Shown: positions 1-9,868 of the stretch, piece after piece
Position numbering within the stretch: position 1 is the stretch's first letter
Layout of the letters: every line of letters begins with the position of its first letter
Origin: an uncultured Solirubrobacteraceae bacterium
GTDB lineage: Bacteria; Actinomycetota; Thermoleophilia; Solirubrobacterales; Solirubrobacteraceae
Assembly (NCBI GenBank): GCA_963835525.1
Contig: CAWIFM010000007.1
Span: 58,984-122,983 of the forward strand
Length of the DNA: 64,000 nucleotides
Reading direction: 5' to 3'
The notes under the pieces: model-generated
The model's database searches: none
Seen by the model: only the letters and a program-made list of their open reading frames with translations
What the model was told of the DNA's origin: nothing
Program-made: the position numbers and the translations under genes

Positions 1-159
1 CCGGCGCTGGGTCGCGCGGCCGACGCCTGGGGCTACGCGCCGACGTACCTCGTCTGCGCCGGGATCTCGGCGCTCGCGCTGCCGTTCCTCGCGCTGTCGC
101 GGCGCCAGAATGCTCCGGCGGACACGGTCGAGGTGACCGCGGTTAGTCTCCCGGCGTGA
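1..159 (+). CDS. partial CDS (3' end entering from the window edge); hydrophobic C-terminus of a membrane/transporter-like protein
   Basis: Frame 1 is open from base 1 to TGA at 157-159. The translation ...AWGYAPTYLVCAGISALALPFLALSRRQNAP... has a TM-like stretch and GC-rich third positions. It is absent from the ORF track because it has no in-window start. Confidence 0.4.
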   Translation, partial: PALGRAADAWGYAPTYLVCAGISALALPFLALSRRQNAPADTVEVTAVSLPA

Positions 160-2033
160 GGAAGGGACTGCTCGCCGTGCTCGCCGTGCTCGGCCTGCCG
201 GCGAGCGCGCAGGCCGCGGAGCCCGACTTCCACCGCTGCCGCGACGCGGCGGCGGGAGCCCGCTGCGGGCACGTCAGCGTCCCGCTCGACCGGCTCGCGC
301 CCGCGGGCGAGCGGATCCGGGTCGGCTTCGAGCTCTACCGCCGGCGCGACCGCGGCCGGCCTGCGCTCGGGACGATCGTCGCCGTCGAGGGCGGCCCCGG
401 CTACTCGTCCACCGACAGCCGCGACTACTTCCTCGAGCTGGCCCGGCCGCTGATGGACAGGCGCGACCTGCTGCTCGTCGACGCGCGCGGGACCGGGCTC
501 TCCGGTCCGCTCGACTGCCCGGCGCTGCGCAGCACGGTCGCCGGCTACATCCGGCGTGCGGGCCGTTGCGCCGCCCAGCTCGGGCCGCGCGTCGACCGCT
601 ACACCACGCGCGCGTCCGTCGACGACCTCGCCGACGTGCTCGACGCCCTCGCGATCGGCGCCGTCGACCTCTACGGCGACTCCTACGGCTCGTACTTCGG
701 TCAGGCGTTCGCGGTCAACCATCCGGACCGCCTGCGCTCGCTCGTCCTCGACGGCACGTATCCGCTGCCCGGCACCGACCCCGCGCTGGGCGACCTCGCG
801 GAGGCCACCTGGCGGGCGCTGCGGCTCGTCTGCGAGCGACGGCCGAGCTGCGCGGCGCGCGGCGAGGATCCGCGCGCCGTGCTGCAGCGGATCGCCGATC
901 GCGTCCGCGCGCGGCCGGTGCGCGGCATCGGCACCGACGGCGAGGGCGCCCGCATTCGCGTGCGGCTCGACATCGAGGCGCTGGCCACGCTCGTCCAGTC
1001 GGGCTACGGCAACCTGCCGATGTACCGCGACCTCGTGGCCGCGATCCGCGCGTTCGAGGATGGCGACCGCGCGCCGCTGCTGCGGCTCGTGGCCGAGACG
1101 AAGCTCGTTCCCGACGCATCGCCCGTGCGCTCGTTCTCGGACCCGCTCTACCTCGCGGTGGCGTGCCACGACTACCCGCAGATGTGGGACACGGCGGCGC
1201 CGCTCGCGACCCGGCGGCAGCAGCTCGCGGCGGCCCGAGCGGCGCTGCCGCCCGCGCAGTTCGCGCCGTTCACGGGCACCGAGTGGACCTCGCTGCCGTA
1301 CGAGGGCGCGACCGCCTGCCTGCGCTGGCCGGGCCCGACGCGCCCCGAGCCGCCCGTCGACCCGCAGGCGCCCTATCCCGCGGTCCCGACGCTGGTCGTC
1401 AACGGCGACCTGGACAACATCACGACCACCGATCAAGCGCGGGTGGTCGCGTCGAGGTTCCCGAGCTCGACCTACGTCGAGATGCGCAACACGATCCACG
1501 TCTCCGCGCTCGGCGATCGCGACGGCTGCGCCGCGCCGATCGTGCGTCGCTTCATCCGCACCCTGAGCGCCGGCGGCACGCGCTGCGCCGGCGGGATCGC
1601 CGAGGTGCGGACGGTCGACCGCTTCCCACGCCGTTCCGCGGGCGCCACGCCGGCCGACCCGCGACCGGGCGACCGCAGCACCGTGGCAGACCGCCGTGTC
1701 GCCGCCGTCGCGGCGGCCACCGTGGCCGACGCGATCCAGCGTTGGCTCCTCAACTACGCCGGCACGTCCCGCGGCCTGCGCGGCGGGCGCTGGACCTGGA
1801 GCGGCGACCGCCTCACGCGCTTCCGCTTCAGGGGCACGCGCTTCACCCGCGACGTCCCGGTGCACGGCGGCGCGACCTGGCGACTCGGGACCGGCGCGGT
1901 CCGCGCCGACCTCCGGATCCCCGGCCGGGGCCGGCTGCGAGCTCGCTGGAACGTGCGCCGCCCGCTCGCGACGGCGACCCTCACCGGCCGCCTCGGCGAG
2001 CGCCGCCTGCGGGCGACGATGCTCGCGCCCTGA
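156..2033 (+). CDS. secreted alpha/beta-hydrolase, TAP-like (tripeptidyl aminopeptidase family)
   Basis: 625-aa ORF with signal peptide MRKGLLAVLAVLGLPASAQA and a nucleophile elbow GDSYGS (GxSxG). Overall similarity is to actinobacterial TAP-like hydrolases. The antisense ORF 33..1865 is judged spurious. Confidence 0.8.
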   Translation: MRKGLLAVLAVLGLPASAQAAEPDFHRCRDAAAGARCGHVSVPLDRLAPAGERIRVGFELYRRRDRGRPALGTIVAVEGGPGYSSTDSRDYFLELARPLMDRRDLLLVDARGTGLSGPLDCPALRSTVAGYIRRAGRCAAQLGPRVDRYTTRASVDDLADVLDALAIGAVDLYGDSYGSYFGQAFAVNHPDRLRSLVLDGTYPLPGTDPALGDLAEATWRALRLVCERRPSCAARGEDPRAVLQRIADRVRARPVRGIGTDGEGARIRVRLDIEALATLVQSGYGNLPMYRDLVAAIRAFEDGDRAPLLRLVAETKLVPDASPVRSFSDPLYLAVACHDYPQMWDTAAPLATRRQQLAAARAALPPAQFAPFTGTEWTSLPYEGATACLRWPGPTRPEPPVDPQAPYPAVPTLVVNGDLDNITTTDQARVVASRFPSSTYVEMRNTIHVSALGDRDGCAAPIVRRFIRTLSAGGTRCAGGIAEVRTVDRFPRRSAGATPADPRPGDRSTVADRRVAAVAAATVADAIQRWLLNYAGTSRGLRGGRWTWSGDRLTRFRFRGTRFTRDVPVHGGATWRLGTGAVRADLRIPGRGRLRARWNVRRPLATATLTGRLGERRLRATMLAP

Positions 2034-2107
2034 ACGACGACGCGCCTGCGCGGGCGTGTACGGCCACCCGCACCAGCGGCACCGGCGCGCTGGCTACGGT
2101 GGGGCAG

Positions 2108-2323
2108 ATGGCCAGACTTCCCGATCCTCCCATGGTGCCCGAGCCGGTTCGCTCCGACGACGAGTACCGGCGCTTGTTCTGGGTGTCGGCCGCAGCTCTG
2201 ACCTTCGTCGCCGCATGCGCGGCCGCCGGGCTGCTGCCGATCACGTCATTCGTGCTCGCCGTCGCGATCTGTGTCGCGCTGTGTGCCGGCCGCGCCCAGA
2301 CCGTTCGCCGCCGCGAGACCTGA
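2108..2323 (+). CDS. small hypothetical membrane protein
   Basis: ATG at 2108 lies in frame with the C-terminal part of track ORF 566..2323. The product MARLPDPPMV...FWVSAAALTFVAACAAAGLLPITSFVLAVAICVALCAG has two hydrophobic segments. No family recognised. Confidence 0.3.
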   Translation: MARLPDPPMVPEPVRSDDEYRRLFWVSAAALTFVAACAAAGLLPITSFVLAVAICVALCAGRAQTVRRRET

Positions 2324-2464
2324 ACGACAAAGTGCCCGCGCACCCTGCCGGCCCGCGGCTGCGGTCACCAGGTCGAGTCGTGGGTGCCCGGGCGCTGCAC
2401 GGGGGGAATCTCACGCACGGTGGGGAAGGAGAAGGCGTGAGCCGCGGCGGCGGGGCGGCGAGGT

Positions 2465-3361
2465 GTGATGGTGACGGTCACGGCGAAATCCTTAGGAGGC
2501 GCGACGTCCCCGGCGGCTGATGCGCACGGTGTGCGTGGCGGCCGCGTGGATGATGTGGATGTCGGTCGGGCTCATGGGAGGCATACTCCCGCCGCGGTCC
2601 CGGCCGGGATATCGCGCTGCCCAGCGTCTCGCGGTTCGGGTCGCCACTGGACGCGTACGGGAAGCCGCACCGCGCTGATCCTGCTCGTGGCGCTGGCCGG
2701 CTGCGGCGGCTCGTTGCAGCCGGTCGACCCGGGGCCGCGCCAGGCCGAGGCGGGTGCCGAGAAGACGCGCCCCGGGACCGCGCTGGCCGCGCTCCAGCGG
2801 CTTCCCGTCAAGGGCCGTGCGCCGAAGACGGGCTTCGACCGCGAGCAGTTCGGCGGCGACTGGGCGAGCGTCGACGGCTGCGACACGCGCGAGCGGATCC
2901 TCGAGCGCGACCTGCGCCGGATCGCGCGCGAGCCCGGCGGCGACTGCGAGGTGCAGAGCGGCGACCTCGCCGACCCGTACACGGCGAGCGCGATCCGCTT
3001 CGAGCGGGGCGGCGCCTCCGAGGTCGACATCGACCATGTCGTCGCACTCGGCGACGCGTGGCAGACCGGCGCCCAGCAGTGGAGCTTCGAGCGGCGCGTC
3101 CGGTTCGCCAACGACCCGCTCAACCTGCTCGCCGTCGACGCGTCGGCCAACCGCCAGAAGGGCGACAGCGACGCCGCGAGCTGGCTGCCGCCCAACAAGG
3201 CCTTCCGCTGTGCCTACGTCGCCCGCCAGATCGCGGTCAAGCGGCGCTACCGCGGCTGGGTCACGCTCGCCGAGCACGACGCGATGGAGCGCGTCCTCGC
3301 GCCGTGCCCGCGGACGCGGTTGCCCCTCAGGTCTGAGCGATCACCAGCACCATCGTCGTGA
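2465..3361 (+). CDS. DUF1524/HNH-type nuclease domain protein with lipoprotein-like signal (putative extracytoplasmic nuclease)
   Basis: Lipobox-like LILLVALAGCGG. The C-terminal region DIDHVVALGDAW...NLLAVDASANRQKGDSDAASWLPP is typical of the GmrSD-C/DUF1524 HNH fold. The start is uncertain: in-frame GTG/ATG occur at 2465, 2468, 2531, 2546 and 2555. Confidence 0.7.
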   Translation: MMVTVTAKSLGGATSPAADAHGVRGGRVDDVDVGRAHGRHTPAAVPAGISRCPASRGSGRHWTRTGSRTALILLVALAGCGGSLQPVDPGPRQAEAGAEKTRPGTALAALQRLPVKGRAPKTGFDREQFGGDWASVDGCDTRERILERDLRRIAREPGGDCEVQSGDLADPYTASAIRFERGGASEVDIDHVVALGDAWQTGAQQWSFERRVRFANDPLNLLAVDASANRQKGDSDAASWLPPNKAFRCAYVARQIAVKRRYRGWVTLAEHDAMERVLAPCPRTRLPLRSERSPAPSS

Positions 3362-3695
3362 GGGCGAGCAGCACGCCGCCGCCCGTGAACACGGCGACGA
3401 GCCAGAACTGGAGCGGGACCGGCTCGCCGCTGCGCACCGCCTCGTCCAGCTGGCGCATGCGGCGCGCACCCGCGAGCAGCAGGCCGATCGCCAGCACCGC
3501 GTAGCCGGTGCCGAGCACGATGTACGGCCACGGCGCGACGTCGAGCAGCTCGGGCGCGAACCGGCCGACCGCGAGCGCGCCGGCCGTCGCCGTCAGCGCC
3601 GTCCGCCACCACGCCAGCCAGGTGCGCTCCGCGGCCATCGCGGTGCGCTGCGGGGCACCGGGATCGCCTCCGGCCGGGCGCGGGGGTTCGGCCAT
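3327..3695 (-). CDS. DUF202 (YidH-like) membrane protein
   Basis: 122 aa. Carries the motif ERTWLAWWRTALTA followed by two to three TM segments, characteristic of DUF202. Confidence 0.75.
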   Translation of the reverse strand: MAEPPRPAGGDPGAPQRTAMAAERTWLAWWRTALTATAGALAVGRFAPELLDVAPWPYIVLGTGYAVLAIGLLLAGARRMRQLDEAVRSGEPVPLQFWLVAVFTGGGVLLALTTMVLVIAQT

Positions 3696-3725
3696 CGCGG
3701 CGCCGAGCCTACCGCCCGGCCGGGA

Positions 3726-4001
3726 CTAGCGCCGGGGCAGGAGGTCGAGCGTCAGGCGCGCGACGACCGTGTCGAACGCGTCGCGGCGGGCCAGCGCGCG
3801 GCGCGCGTGGCGCAGCTCCCAGAGCGCGAGGTAGTGGAGCTGCTCGGCCATCTCGAGCCGCTCGCGCGCCTCGCGGCTCTCCGGGTCGGCGAGCAGGGCG
3901 GCGCTCGCGCGGGCGAGCGCGGCGGCGTGGGCGTCGACCATCCGCACGGCCGCGTCACGGCGCGCGCGCAGAACCCCGCGCTCGGTACGTCGACGTCTCA
4001 T
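3726..4001 (-). CDS. hypothetical helical protein
   Basis: 91-aa ORF with GC3-rich codons and Arg/Ala-rich helical character. No recognisable domain. Confidence 0.35.
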   Translation of the reverse strand: MRRRRTERGVLRARRDAAVRMVDAHAAALARASAALLADPESREARERLEMAEQLHYLALWELRHARRALARRDAFDTVVARLTLDLLPRR

Positions 4002-4064
4002 CAGGCGCCTCCCACCGGTCAGGATTGCACGAAATCCGGGCCGGTGTGTTGGTCGTACCGAAAT

Positions 4065-4982
4065 TCAGGCGGCGGGCCAGTACTTCCCGAGATCCGAGAG
4101 CTTGGTGACGCCGAGGCGCTGCGCGGTGTCGGTCTTCATCACGAAGACGTTTCGGTTCTCGCCCGGCGCGAGCTGAAGCGGCCGGGCATGGACCTGCCGC
4201 CGCAGCGCCTTGCGCAGACGGCGCAGCAGCCGGCTGTCGTCGGCCGGGCGCTTGCCGAGGAAGCTCATCAGCGACCCCGAGTAGGCCGGGTACATCCCGA
4301 TCTCTCCGCGCCGCACCTGCCGGACCGCCTGCCGGCGCAGCCCGCCGACGCTGCGGACCCTGACCCGGTAGCCGCCCGCCCGCAGCGCCTCCGCGTACAG
4401 GTAGGCGAGCGTCTCGTTCTCGGCGAAGTCCTGGAAGCCGACGACGATCCGCGGTCCGCGCCGGCGCGGGGCGCTGCCGCCGAGGCCGTTGGCGTCGATG
4501 AACTCCCCTCCGACGGCCTCGGGCAGGCGCCCGTCGAGGACGTGCTGGTTGAGCTCGCGCAGGGCGAGGGTCGTCAGCACCGCCGACGCCGCATTGAGTC
4601 GGCGCCGGATGTCGCGCGCCCGCCGCCCGTAGCTCCGCAGCACCGAGGAGCGCACCACCGGCACGATGCGGTCCGAGCCCACCATGTCCTTGTCGTCGTC
4701 GAGCGTGAGGATGTCCGGCCGCGACACCTCGGGGTTGGAGCTGAACGCCACGGCGACCTCGCTGATCCCGTCGTCGAGCGCGCGGATGCCCTCGTCGGCG
4801 ACTTCGAGCGGGACGTGGACGCCCGACACGTCGAGCCCGTAGACGCTCGAGAGACCCGGGCCGCAGCCCGGGTTGGTCAGGCAGTCGGCCGGCGCCGCGA
4901 GGCGCACCATCTCCTGCCCCGACGCCGGCGCGGCGAACGCGACGAAGGCGATCAAGCAGGCTGCCGCGCCCCGGTATCGCAT
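4065..4982 (-). CDS. glycine betaine/osmoprotectant-type ABC substrate-binding protein (orphan SBP)
   Basis: 305 aa with signal peptide MRYRGAAACLIAFVAFAAPASG. OpuAC-like segments are present (VVGFQDFAENETLAYLYAEALRAGGY..., GMYPAYSGSL). No permease or ATPase gene is adjacent. Confidence 0.6.
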   Translation of the reverse strand: MRYRGAAACLIAFVAFAAPASGQEMVRLAAPADCLTNPGCGPGLSSVYGLDVSGVHVPLEVADEGIRALDDGISEVAVAFSSNPEVSRPDILTLDDDKDMVGSDRIVPVVRSSVLRSYGRRARDIRRRLNAASAVLTTLALRELNQHVLDGRLPEAVGGEFIDANGLGGSAPRRRGPRIVVGFQDFAENETLAYLYAEALRAGGYRVRVRSVGGLRRQAVRQVRRGEIGMYPAYSGSLMSFLGKRPADDSRLLRRLRKALRRQVHARPLQLAPGENRNVFVMKTDTAQRLGVTKLSDLGKYWPAA

Positions 4983-5041
4983 ACGTTCGGACGCTAACGG
5001 CGGATGGCGGCGGGGGCCTCACCCCCGCGGGGTGAACTTGC

Positions 5042-6448
5042 TTGCAGGCTGCCGAGTGGATTGGGAACCTCGACCGGTCGGTGTCCTGGCGACGGCGTCT
5101 CTCTTGGTGCTCGACCGCTGCGGTGGTCATGGTGGTCCTCGTTCCGGGCGCGTTCGCACAGGCACCGCACGACGCGCGCCAAGGTGAGCAGTGGGCGGTC
5201 GCCGAGGGGGTCGTGCTGAACCTGCCCGGCGCCTGGGAGCTCTCGCAGGGCGCCGGCGTCACCGTGGCCGTGATCGACTCCGGCGCCAGGCTCGAGCACC
5301 CGGACCTCGCGCCCAACGTGTGGGTCAACTTCGACGAGGTGCCGGGCAACCGGGTCGACGACGACGCCAACGGCTATGTCGACGACGTCCACGGGGTCGA
5401 CCTGACCACCAGCGCCCGCGGGAGCCAGGACCTGTCCGACGGCAACGGGCACGGCACGCACGTGTCCGGGATCATCGCCGGCGCCGCAAACGGCCGCGGC
5501 GTCGTCGGCGTCGCGTTCCGGGCGCGGCTGATGATCGTCAAGGTGCTCGACGCGCGCGGGGCGGGCACCACGGGGGCGGTCGCCGAGGGCATCCGCTACG
5601 CCGCCGCCAACGGCGCGCGGATCATCAACCTGAGCCTGGGCGGGCCGACGCGCGATCCGCGGCTCGTGGAGGCCGTCAAGGCGGCCGAGGCCGCCAACGT
5701 CCTGCTCGTCTGCTCGGCCGGCAACCTGGGGAACAACGTCGACAACGAGCCGAGCTACCCGGTGGCGCTGGCCGCGGGCAACATCGTCGGCGTCGCGGCC
5801 ACCGAGCCGCAGAACGGCCGCAACCTCGGGTCGTTCTCGAACTTCGGCCGCAACACGATCGGGCTCGCCGCGCCCGGCGTGGACGTGCTTTCGAGCGCCA
5901 ACGACGGCGGCTACGAGCTCAAGAGCGGGACCTCGATGGCGGCGCCGCACGCCGCCGGCGTCGCGGCGCTGATGGCCGCGATGCGGCCCGACCTGTCGGC
6001 CTCCGAGCTGCGCGCGCAGCTGCTCCAGAACGCCGGGCGTGCCTCGCTGCCGGTCAGCGGCGGCTACCTGGATGCGCTCAGCTCGGTCGTCAAGGTCGCG
6101 AGCGCGTCCACGTACCGGCTGGGACAGCCGCCGCTCGTGCGGGTGCTCTCCGCGCAGCGCAAGGGCTCGCAGACCGTCGTGCAGGTGGCGGCGCTCGGCG
6201 ACACGCGGCGGGTGGCGCGATACCGCCTGAGCCTCGACCGGCGCCGCGCGGCCGAGGTGCGCAAGGGCAGCTCGCCGTTCACGGTCCGCCTGCGCGGCCG
6301 TGCGGGCCGCAAGCTGCGCGTCGACGCGCTCGATGCGGCCGGCAAGAAGATCGCCTCGGGCACGCGTGCGGTCCGGGGGGTGCGCAAGGGCAAGCGCGGC
6401 GTCCGCCGCGGCTCGGGCGTCGGCACGGGGCAGGTGACGATCTGGTGA
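5042..6448 (+). CDS. secreted S8 family serine peptidase (subtilisin-like)
   Basis: Catalytic triad motifs are present: VAVIDSG (Asp), HGTHVSGIIAG (His), GTSMAAPHAAGVAAL (Ser). There is an N-terminal hydrophobic signal. The start is TTG at 5042 or a nearby GTG. Confidence 0.9.
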   Translation: MQAAEWIGNLDRSVSWRRRLSWCSTAAVVMVVLVPGAFAQAPHDARQGEQWAVAEGVVLNLPGAWELSQGAGVTVAVIDSGARLEHPDLAPNVWVNFDEVPGNRVDDDANGYVDDVHGVDLTTSARGSQDLSDGNGHGTHVSGIIAGAANGRGVVGVAFRARLMIVKVLDARGAGTTGAVAEGIRYAAANGARIINLSLGGPTRDPRLVEAVKAAEAANVLLVCSAGNLGNNVDNEPSYPVALAAGNIVGVAATEPQNGRNLGSFSNFGRNTIGLAAPGVDVLSSANDGGYELKSGTSMAAPHAAGVAALMAAMRPDLSASELRAQLLQNAGRASLPVSGGYLDALSSVVKVASASTYRLGQPPLVRVLSAQRKGSQTVVQVAALGDTRRVARYRLSLDRRRAAEVRKGSSPFTVRLRGRAGRKLRVDALDAAGKKIASGTRAVRGVRKGKRGVRRGSGVGTGQVTIW

Positions 6449-7223
6449 GGGCGCTGGCGCTCGCCGTGCTGCTCGCGGCGCTCGCGCCGTCCACGGCGAT
6501 GGCGGCGAAGCCGCCGATCAGGATGAGCGGCGCGGTCATCGCCACGGCGCTCACCGCCGACCTGGCCTTCTTCTACCGGCGCGAGGTCTCCTCGCCGCCG
6601 CGCTTCGAGCTGGTCGGCGGGCGCTCGGCGACCGGGATCGCCGACGTCTCGCGCGGGATCTCGGACGTCGGGCTCACCGCCCGCCCGCTGATCGCGGGCG
6701 ACCCGCCCGGGCTCGTGTTCACGCCGATCGCGCGGACCGGCATCTGCCTGGTGACGAACGTCGTGAACCCGGTCCCCGGATTCAGCCGGGCGCAGATCCA
6801 GGACCTCGTCGCCGCCCGCATCACCGCGTGGTCGCAGGTGCCGGGCTCGCCGCTCGCCGATCCGATCGCCGCCGCCGTGACGAGCGTGGGCGGCGGCTCT
6901 CGCACGGCGTTCGAGGCCGCCATGGTCGACCCGGCCACGCCGCAGCTGAACTCGACGCGAACCTTCACCTCGGCGCTGCAGGTGCGCGACTACCTCAAGG
7001 TGACCCCGAACGCGTGGGGGTACGTCGACCTCGCGTTCGCCGGCGACCTGAACGTCGTCCCCTTCGACGGGATCCCGTGCAACCGCGCGACGGTCGCCTC
7101 AGAGACCTACCCGGCCCTCACCGAGCTCGGGTTCGTCACGCGCGGCGCCCCGAAGGGCCGCGTCGCCCGTTTCGTGCGCTGGGTGCGCAGCAGCCGCAAG
7201 GCGCGGCGGGTGATCGCGACCCG

Positions 7224-7251
<28 letters not shown>
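6445..7251 (+). CDS. PBP-like (PstS-family fold) secreted substrate-binding domain protein
   Basis: GTG at 6445 overlaps the S8 stop (GTGA). Signal peptide VRALALAVLLAALAPSTAMA. Resembles phosphate-binding-protein-like domain proteins. It lies in the frame of track ORF 5191..7251. Confidence 0.55.
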
Positions 7252-7496
<245 letters not shown>

Positions 7497-7520
7497 GCAC
7501 AGAGCGTACGCTGCCGGGCG

Positions 7521-8006
7521 ATGCTCTCGAACGAGCGTGTGCGGCTCGACCCGATCACGCCGCAGCTGGCGCGGGCCATGCTGCACGGGAAGCCGGACCC
7601 CGACCTCCCCTGGGAGGAGGGCTTCCCGCTGCCGTCCGTGCGCGGCGCGCTCGAGCGGATCGTGACCGCCGAGGGCACCGGGCACGACCTGCAGCCGTTC
7701 TTCGCCTACGTGATCGTGCGCCGGGCGGACGGGCTGGCCGTCGGGGACGCCGGCTTCCACGGGCCGCCCAGCGTGGCAGGCGAGGTGGAGATCGGGTACG
7801 CGCTCGTCCCGGCGGCCCGCGGCACCGGCCTCGCCGCCGACGCGACCCGCCTGCTCGTCGAGTGGGCGCGCTCGCAGCCGGGCGTCCGCACCGTGACCGC
7901 CCGCGTGGAGCCCTCCAACACGCCCTCGCGCCGCCTGCTCGAGCGGCTCGGCTTCGCCCTCGACGGCGAGCGCGGCGGCCTCGACCGGTTCGTGCTGCAG
8001 CCGTGA
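7521..8006 (+). CDS. GNAT family N-acetyltransferase
   Basis: ATG at 7521. Acetyl-CoA binding region VPAARGTGLAADATRLLVEWA and C-terminal NTPSRRLLERLGF, typical of RimJ/RimL-like GNATs. Confidence 0.8.
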   Translation: MLSNERVRLDPITPQLARAMLHGKPDPDLPWEEGFPLPSVRGALERIVTAEGTGHDLQPFFAYVIVRRADGLAVGDAGFHGPPSVAGEVEIGYALVPAARGTGLAADATRLLVEWARSQPGVRTVTARVEPSNTPSRRLLERLGFALDGERGGLDRFVLQP

Positions 8007-8488
8007 GCTACGCCGACGCGAACCTGCTGCAGCGCTCGATCCGGCGGTTCGCCGCGACCCCGCCCGGATCGTGGCTCTTCGCGCGCACACTCCACCACGC
8101 CGACCGCGTCGTGTACCGCGCGAGCGGCGAGAGGACGACGCTGGCGGCCCTGCTGTCGGGCCTGCCCGTGGTGATGCTCACGAGCACGGGCGCGAAGAGC
8201 GGGCGCGAGACCACGGTGCCGCTCGTGGGCTTCGAGGAGGGCGACGCGGTGATCCTGATCGCCTCCAACTACGGCCAGGCCCATCACCCGGCCTGGCTGC
8301 ACAACCTGCGCGCCCATCCGCGGGTGCGGATCGCCGTGCGCGGGAGGTTGCGCGAGGTGGTGGCCGAGGAGGTCGAGAGCCCGGAGCGCGAGCGCTACCT
8401 GGCCATCGCCGCCGTGGCCTATCCCGGCTACCGGCGCTACGAGCAGCGGGCGGCCCCGCGCCGGATCTCGGTCTTCCGCCTGTCATGA
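8003..8488 (+). CDS. nitroreductase-family deazaflavin (F420)-dependent oxidoreductase (DUF385/FDOR-A like)
   Basis: GTG at 8003 overlaps the GNAT stop. Motifs LTSTGAKSGRETTVPL, IASNYGQAHHPAWLHNLRAHP and ...RRISVFRL are typical of the family. Confidence 0.8.
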   Translation: MSYADANLLQRSIRRFAATPPGSWLFARTLHHADRVVYRASGERTTLAALLSGLPVVMLTSTGAKSGRETTVPLVGFEEGDAVILIASNYGQAHHPAWLHNLRAHPRVRIAVRGRLREVVAEEVESPERERYLAIAAVAYPGYRRYEQRAAPRRISVFRLS

Positions 8489-8931
8489 ACCAGTCGCTCA
8501 ACCGGCTCGCCTTCAGCGCGACCGTGCACTGCCTCACGGGCTGTGCCATCGGCGAGGTGCTCGGGATGATCATCGGCACCGCGCTCGGCTGGTCCGACGT
8601 GGCGACGATCGCCCTCGCCGTCGCCCTGGCCTTCTTCTTCGGCTACACGCTCACGAGCTGGCCGCTGCTGCGCTCGGGCATGTCCGTGCGCGAGGTGGCG
8701 CCGATCGCCTTCGCCTCCGACACGATCTCGATCACGATCATGGAGATCGTCGACAACGCGATCATGGTCCTGATCCCGGGCGCCATGGCGGCGTCGCTCG
8801 ACGAGATCGGCTTCTGGGCGGCGCTGGCCGCCGCGCTGCTCATCGCCGGCGCCGCGGCGTACCCCGCCAACCGCTGGCTACTGGCCCGCGGCAAGGGGCA
8901 TGCCGTGGTGCACCAGCATCATCATCACTGA
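8485..8931 (+). CDS. DUF4396 domain membrane protein with C-terminal His-rich tail
   Basis: ATG at 8485 overlaps the upstream stop (ATGA). TVHCLTGCAIGEVLGM motif, four hydrophobic segments, and the protein ends HAVVHQHHHH. Confidence 0.7.
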   Translation: MNQSLNRLAFSATVHCLTGCAIGEVLGMIIGTALGWSDVATIALAVALAFFFGYTLTSWPLLRSGMSVREVAPIAFASDTISITIMEIVDNAIMVLIPGAMAASLDEIGFWAALAAALLIAGAAAYPANRWLLARGKGHAVVHQHHHH

Positions 8932-8932
8932 C

Positions 8933-9868
8933 GTGGGACACCACCACCATCACTCGCATACGCATGAGGCCGACTCGCGCCGGCTGGCGATCGCGCTCGC
9001 GCTGATCGCGAGCTTCATGTGCGTCGAGGTGGTGGTCGGCATCCTGGCCAACTCGCTGGCGCTGCTCTCCGACGCCGCGCACATGCTCACCGACGCCGGC
9101 GCGCTGGCGCTCGCGCTGGTGGCGATCCGGCTGGCGCGCCGCCCCGCAGCGGGCGCCATGACCTTCGGGCTCGGGCGCAGCGAGATCGTGGCCGCCGCGA
9201 TCAACGGCACGACGCTGCTCGTGCTCGGACTGCTGTTCGTCTACGAGAGCATCCGGCGGCTGATCGACCCGCACCCGGTCGAGGGCGCCGCCGTGCTGAT
9301 CGTGGCCCTGGTCGGCGTGGTCGTGAACCTCGTCGCCACGGTGGTGCTGGCGGGCGCCAACCGCGACTCGCTCAACGTCGAGGGCGCCTTCCAGCACATC
9401 CTCACCGACCTCGCGGCCTTCGTGGCGACGGCGATCGCCGGCGCCGTGATCCTGCTCACCGGCTTCGAGCGCGCGGACGGCATCGCCGCCCTGTTCGTCG
9501 CAGCACTGATGTTGAGCGCCTCGTACAAGCTGCTGCGCGAGTCCGGCCGCGTGTTCCTGGAGGCCGCGCCGCGCGGGGTCGACCCGCAGGCGATCGGGCT
9601 TCGGATGGCCGGGCTCACGGGCGTCACCGAGGTCCACGACCTGCACATCTGGGAGGTCACCTCGGGCTTCCCGTCGCTGTCGGCGCACGTGCTCGTCGGC
9701 CACGAGACCGACTGCCACGACGTCCGCCGCTCGCTCGAGCGGATCCTGCACGACGAGTTCGGGATCGACCACACGACCCTGCAGGTCGACCACGAGGGCG
9801 GCGACCTGCTGGAAATAGAAGTCAGCTTGCGAGAATCACCCAGCCGGCGATCGCCACGAAGTGGGTGA
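8933..9868 (+). CDS. cation diffusion facilitator (CzcD/ZitB-like) metal efflux transporter
   Basis: His-rich N-terminus VGHHHHHSHTH and CDF signature LANSLALLSDAAHMLTDAG, with HDLHIWEV in the C-terminal domain. GTG 8933 is preferred over the track start at 8900. Confidence 0.9.
   Translation: MGHHHHHSHTHEADSRRLAIALALIASFMCVEVVVGILANSLALLSDAAHMLTDAGALALALVAIRLARRPAAGAMTFGLGRSEIVAAAINGTTLLVLGLLFVYESIRRLIDPHPVEGAAVLIVALVGVVVNLVATVVLAGANRDSLNVEGAFQHILTDLAAFVATAIAGAVILLTGFERADGIAALFVAALMLSASYKLLRESGRVFLEAAPRGVDPQAIGLRMAGLTGVTEVHDLHIWEVTSGFPSLSAHVLVGHETDCHDVRRSLERILHDEFGIDHTTLQVDHEGGDLLEIEVSLRESPSRRSPRSG

Noticed and set aside
2492-2575. 27-aa minus-strand ORF (MSPTDIHIIHAAATHTVRISRRGRRAS) with a GGGAG Shine-Dalgarno-like sequence 10 nt upstream, antisense to the 5' end of the DUF1524 ORF.
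   Set aside because: It is too short, with no recognisable motif or conservation evidence available. It may merely indicate that the DUF1524 gene starts further downstream than the track ORF. It is not supportable as a gene from sequence alone.
8900-8935. Possibility that the DUF4396 and CDF ORFs are one gene split by a stop or frameshift, since His-rich stretches lie on both sides of the junction.
   Set aside because: The two ORFs are in different frames. Each has a complete domain architecture of normal length, and the CDF N-terminal His-rich extension is a common feature. They are treated as two genes.
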